A stretch of 9,984 bases of DNA. Origin: a virus. Its lineage: Duplodnaviria > Heunggongvirae > Uroviricota > Caudoviricetes. Location: IMG/VR virus record IMGVR_UViG_2703718842_000003. One strand, written 5' to 3'. The notes under the pieces were generated by a model. The model ran no database searches, was not told the DNA's origin, and worked only from the letters and a program-made list of their open reading frames with translations. Below are positions 7,575 through 9,984 of the stretch, one piece after another. The number at the start of each line of letters is the position of its first letter. The stretch's first letter is position 1. Position numbers and translations under genes: made by a program.

Positions 7575-7685
7575 ATGTCCCGTAACCTCTTTTGATGGTT
7601 GTTGCTTCGTTACGGGTATGATGGGAGCAATAGATTGTAATGTATCGGAATTATTAGAAAACTCCCCGGAATTTTCATAATTCCG
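7575..7685 (-). promoter_or_regulatory. alpA leader/operator region with inverted and direct repeats
   Basis: Inverted repeat CCCGTAAC (7579..7586) / GTTACGGG (7609..7616) bracketing the alpA SD (cctc 7586..7589). CGGAATT direct repeats at 7646 and 7667 (21 bp apart) plus inverted copy ATAATTCCG at 7677..7685. Minus-strand TACAAT (-10-like) at 7639..7634. Confidence 0.4.
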
Positions 7686-8609
7686 TTATCGGTTGACTCC
7701 CCCTTTTCGCAGCCAATCTATAAGCGTCTTATCATCATCCGGGAGTGGTAGCTCCTCACCTTTATTGTTAGCTTTATTTCTCAGTTGTGTAATGCTGCCT
7801 TTTAAATCACTATCGGTTAAGCCTATACGTTTAAGTAATGCGACAATTAGTCTCATCTGTTTTTCTGTTGTTTTTACTGGTTTTCCTACATTCATTTCCG
7901 TCGGCGGTAAGGGAATAACACCTCCGTTAATCATGCTTTTAATCGGCTCGCCTGTGTCTATTGCGTCTTTGAGTTTTAAAATGGTATCTCTGGCAATAAA
8001 TAGATCGGAAGTTGTCAAAGTCTCATTAAGCGCAGGTTTTCGGCTCTCACTTAACTGAAACCCTATGCTTTCGGTTAGTTGTCTGTTTAGCGTAGGTAGC
8101 CAGCTCTGATTAAAATATCTATCGCTAATTATCTGACACGAAAGGCCAGTCTTCTCGCGGAAAGTGTCCCATCCGAACGGCCTGAAAATTGTCGTGTCTA
8201 TCACCCTTGCCCTCTTAGAATAAAGAAGACTTTCTATTTCACTGTGTCCCAGACACCATAGCCCGTTCGCCAATCCTCTAAATAAAATAAGCCCACTATC
8301 TGTTTTGTATGCGTCATGTTCGGTGAGCGTGGAATTAAAATGAGATATATAGTTGCCCTCACGAAAAAGAAATGATGAGTTTCCTTTGTGTTCGTGATAA
8401 AACTCAATTGGGTCTTTTATATCTTTACCGCCTATAAAAGCCAAAGTAGAAGAAAATCCTCTCATCATTATACACAACGGTATAGCCCCAATAACTCCAT
8501 AGTGAAGTAAATCATCTGTATCGCATTGCAAAATACTAGCTGCCCTGTCGAGCTTAAAGTATTCCATAGGTGGGATTTTAATACTGCTGTGGGCTTCTTT
8601 TTTGGTCAT
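7686..8609 (-). CDS. Orphan hypothetical protein (about 307 aa from ATG 8609; 312 aa if GTG 8624), AT-rich cargo-like gene between int and alpA
   Basis: Long ORF with AGGTG 5 nt upstream of ATG 8609; sampled 60-nt lines are roughly 35-40% GC versus roughly 55-70% in int and primase (hand counts); no family motif recognised. Confidence 0.7.
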   Translation of the reverse strand: MTKKEAHSSIKIPPMEYFKLDRAASILQCDTDDLLHYGVIGAIPLCIMMRGFSSTLAFIGGKDIKDPIEFYHEHKGNSSFLFREGNYISHFNSTLTEHDAYKTDSGLILFRGLANGLWCLGHSEIESLLYSKRARVIDTTIFRPFGWDTFREKTGLSCQIISDRYFNQSWLPTLNRQLTESIGFQLSESRKPALNETLTTSDLFIARDTILKLKDAIDTGEPIKSMINGGVIPLPPTEMNVGKPVKTTEKQMRLIVALLKRIGLTDSDLKGSITQLRNKANNKGEELPLPDDDKTLIDWLRKGGVNR

Positions 8610-8641
8610 CGCGTCACCTTTCACGCTGTGCCTTAAAGAGT

Positions 8642-8697
8642 GATTGAGCCAGGCGGTAAGGCTTCCCGCTTTTCGCCCCGTCGGGCTAGGCTCAATC
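8642..8697 (-). other. Compound hairpin in the int / cargo-gene intergenic region
   Basis: 9-bp inverted repeat GATTGAGCC (8642..8650) / GGCTCAATC (8689..8697) enclosing a GC-rich inner palindrome (GCCCCGTCGGGC, CCCG..CGGG); no clear U-tract on the minus-strand transcript. Confidence 0.35.
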
Positions 8698-8724
8698 TGT
8701 CCTCTGATTCTTTACATATCTTGG

Positions 8725-9984
8725 TTACTTCGCCTTTCTCAGCGGTGTAACGTTGTACTCTTCGCCGCGCTCCAGTGCCACCAGCAATCCCGCCCACTGT
8801 GTTAACGCGGCCCGGCGTTCATCAAAGTATTGGTGGCGGTTATAGATACCCTCCACGCCTTTAATTTTGTGGTTAAGGCATCTTTCTGCGACTACAGGAT
8901 CAACGCCCAGCGCGGCTAAATGGGTGCGGGCCGTGCGCCGGAAGTCGTGAATAGTGAAATTCGGCACGTCCGGCATTTCAGCGCGAACCTTCGCCAGCGC
9001 AACGGGCAGGGTGCTTTCCTGAATATGGGGGATCATGCGGTTTTGCATCTTTCTGGCTGGCAGTACCCATGCGCTGTTGCATGAGAACGTTTTAAGCTCT
9101 CTCAGCCATTCGACTGCTGGCGGTGCTAATGGAATGTCTATAGCGTCGCCGTTTTTGCTGCGTTCCTCTGGCAAGCGCCATACGGCTTTATCAAGATCGA
9201 ACTCCTCCCAGCGGGCGGCGCATAACTCCATTTTGCGGACGCATAACGCTAACAGTAATTTGAACGTGATTTCATTCTGGCGACTGAAACCCTTAGCCGT
9301 GCGCATGGCTTTGAATAGCTGGATTAACTCATCGCGTGTTAGCCAGCGGTCGCGGCTAACCTCCTTCCCTCCAGCGTCTGCCACCTCAAAGGCTGAACAG
9401 GGGTTAATCTCCAGCGCGTGCCGTTTGATTCCGTAGTCGAATATGCGGCGCGTCCATCTCAGCACGTCCGTTGCTATGGTCGGCGCTCCACGGTCAACAA
9501 TACCTTTCAGCATGTCGTCGATATGGCGCGGCTTCACGTCCTCTACCTTCATGCTGCCAATGCAGGGGTTTATATCTTTGTCGATACGGCGGCGGAGTAT
9601 ATCGGGGTGCTTCCAGCGGGGCAGTATCTGACGTTCAAAGTATTCAGCGGCAAGCTCTGAAACGCGCATGGCGTTTTTTTCTGCTTCCATCTTCGCTAGT
9701 GCTTCGGATTTCCGCTCCTGCTTCTCCCCGGCAACGTCATAACCCAGCGCAACACGCGCCGAAAGCTCCTTTGCTGTCTCTCTGGCCTTTGATAGTGATA
9801 GCTCGCTATACGAACCAATTAGCATTGCGCGGGACTTCCCTGCGAGTTTATAGCGGAATCTCCATGTGGGGGTTTTGTCGGCTTCACGGTAACGCAGGTA
9901 TAAGCCGTTCCCGTCCGCCCGTCCCTCGAATCGCTCTCCGGCCTTTATCCACGCGCGGATCTGCATGTCTGTGAGTTTTGGCAT
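8725..9984 (-). CDS. int: Tyrosine site-specific integrase, P4-type (419 aa)
   Basis: ATG at 9984 (window edge, upstream signals not visible); catalytic-region motifs HDFRRTARTHLA (HxxR) and GIYNRHQY (tyrosine nucleophile context); N-terminal arm-binding-type domain typical of P4-family integrases. Confidence 0.9.
   Translation of the reverse strand: MPKLTDMQIRAWIKAGERFEGRADGNGLYLRYREADKTPTWRFRYKLAGKSRAMLIGSYSELSLSKARETAKELSARVALGYDVAGEKQERKSEALAKMEAEKNAMRVSELAAEYFERQILPRWKHPDILRRRIDKDINPCIGSMKVEDVKPRHIDDMLKGIVDRGAPTIATDVLRWTRRIFDYGIKRHALEINPCSAFEVADAGGKEVSRDRWLTRDELIQLFKAMRTAKGFSRQNEITFKLLLALCVRKMELCAARWEEFDLDKAVWRLPEERSKNGDAIDIPLAPPAVEWLRELKTFSCNSAWVLPARKMQNRMIPHIQESTLPVALAKVRAEMPDVPNFTIHDFRRTARTHLAALGVDPVVAERCLNHKIKGVEGIYNRHQYFDERRAALTQWAGLLVALERGEEYNVTPLRKAK

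Larger units (their letters stand above)
1..9984. mobile_element. Internal portion of a phage-satellite-like integrative island (P4-family integrase + AlpA + primase-helicase + iteron origin); ends and att site not in window
   Basis: Co-directional minus-strand gene set int / alpA / antirepressor / Ash-Icd / primase / iterons / ssb / perC-like; sid-delta-psu capsid-sizing genes of classical P4 are absent between int and primase, so the layout is closer to Gram-negative PICI-type satellites. Inference from gene content only. Confidence 0.6.

Noticed and set aside
7640-7690. Intrinsic terminator downstream of the orphan gene
   Set aside because: The CGGAATTAT / ATAATTCCG stem is not followed by a U-tract on the minus-strand transcript; interpreted as an operator-like repeat instead.
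7686-8624. Retron or reverse transcriptase, or ToxIN-like type III TA, associated with the structured RNA region next to the orphan gene
   Set aside because: The protein has no YxDD-type RT motif and there are no tandem direct repeats upstream as in ToxI; the hairpin at 8642..8697 alone is insufficient.
7686-8624. HEPN-like Rx6H (REGNYISH) and a hydrophobic stretch (GVIGAIPLCIMMRGFSSTLAFIGG) in the orphan protein as evidence for RNase or membrane-effector function
   Set aside because: A single short motif match and one interrupted hydrophobic segment are expected by chance in a 307-aa protein; not reported as a call.
110-9974. Plus-strand six-frame ORFs (for example 110..442, 550..765, 683..1090, 2720..2932, 3460..3723, 4323..4532, 5009..5212, 5496..5810, 5963..6199, 6205..6429, 7074..7295, 7243..7530, 7693..8058, 9035..9436, 9471..9974)
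   Set aside because: Each lies antisense to a longer, better-supported minus-strand gene with RBS and operon-style overlaps; their translations are low-complexity or Ser/Arg/Cys-rich in a way typical of shadow ORFs; none has a convincing RBS.
9900-9984. Attachment site or tRNA gene at the integrase end
   Set aside because: The window ends at the integrase start codon; no tRNA-like sequence or att repeat is visible inside the window.

Overview
All credible genes in this 9,984-nt window lie on the minus strand and together look like the core of an enterobacterial phage-satellite-like integrative island (P4-family integrase, AlpA, primase-helicase, iteron origin). Every call below comes from reading the supplied ORF translations and the DNA by eye; no database search was run, so family names are recollections of motifs and the numbers are hand counts. 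In transcription order (high to low coordinate) the genes are: tyrosine integrase (8725..9984), an AT-rich orphan gene of about 307 aa (7686..8609/8624), AlpA-like regulator (7356..7574), a 144-aa unknown, an AntA/KilAC-type antirepressor-like protein, a DUF4222-like small protein, an Ash/Icd-like reading frame, three translationally coupled small unknowns, a 919-aa P4-alpha-type primase-helicase (1174..3933), an iteron array that is probably the origin (889..1148), an SSB and a PerC-like regulator. The best candidate for an undescribed system is the AT-rich orphan gene between the integrase and alpA, bracketed by structured intergenic repeats, in the slot where satellites are reported to carry variable anti-phage cargo. 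Secondary candidates are the coupled small-gene trio upstream of the primase and a long in-frame ORF with a palindrome-rich leader upstream of Ash/Icd. The attachment site and the island ends are outside the window.
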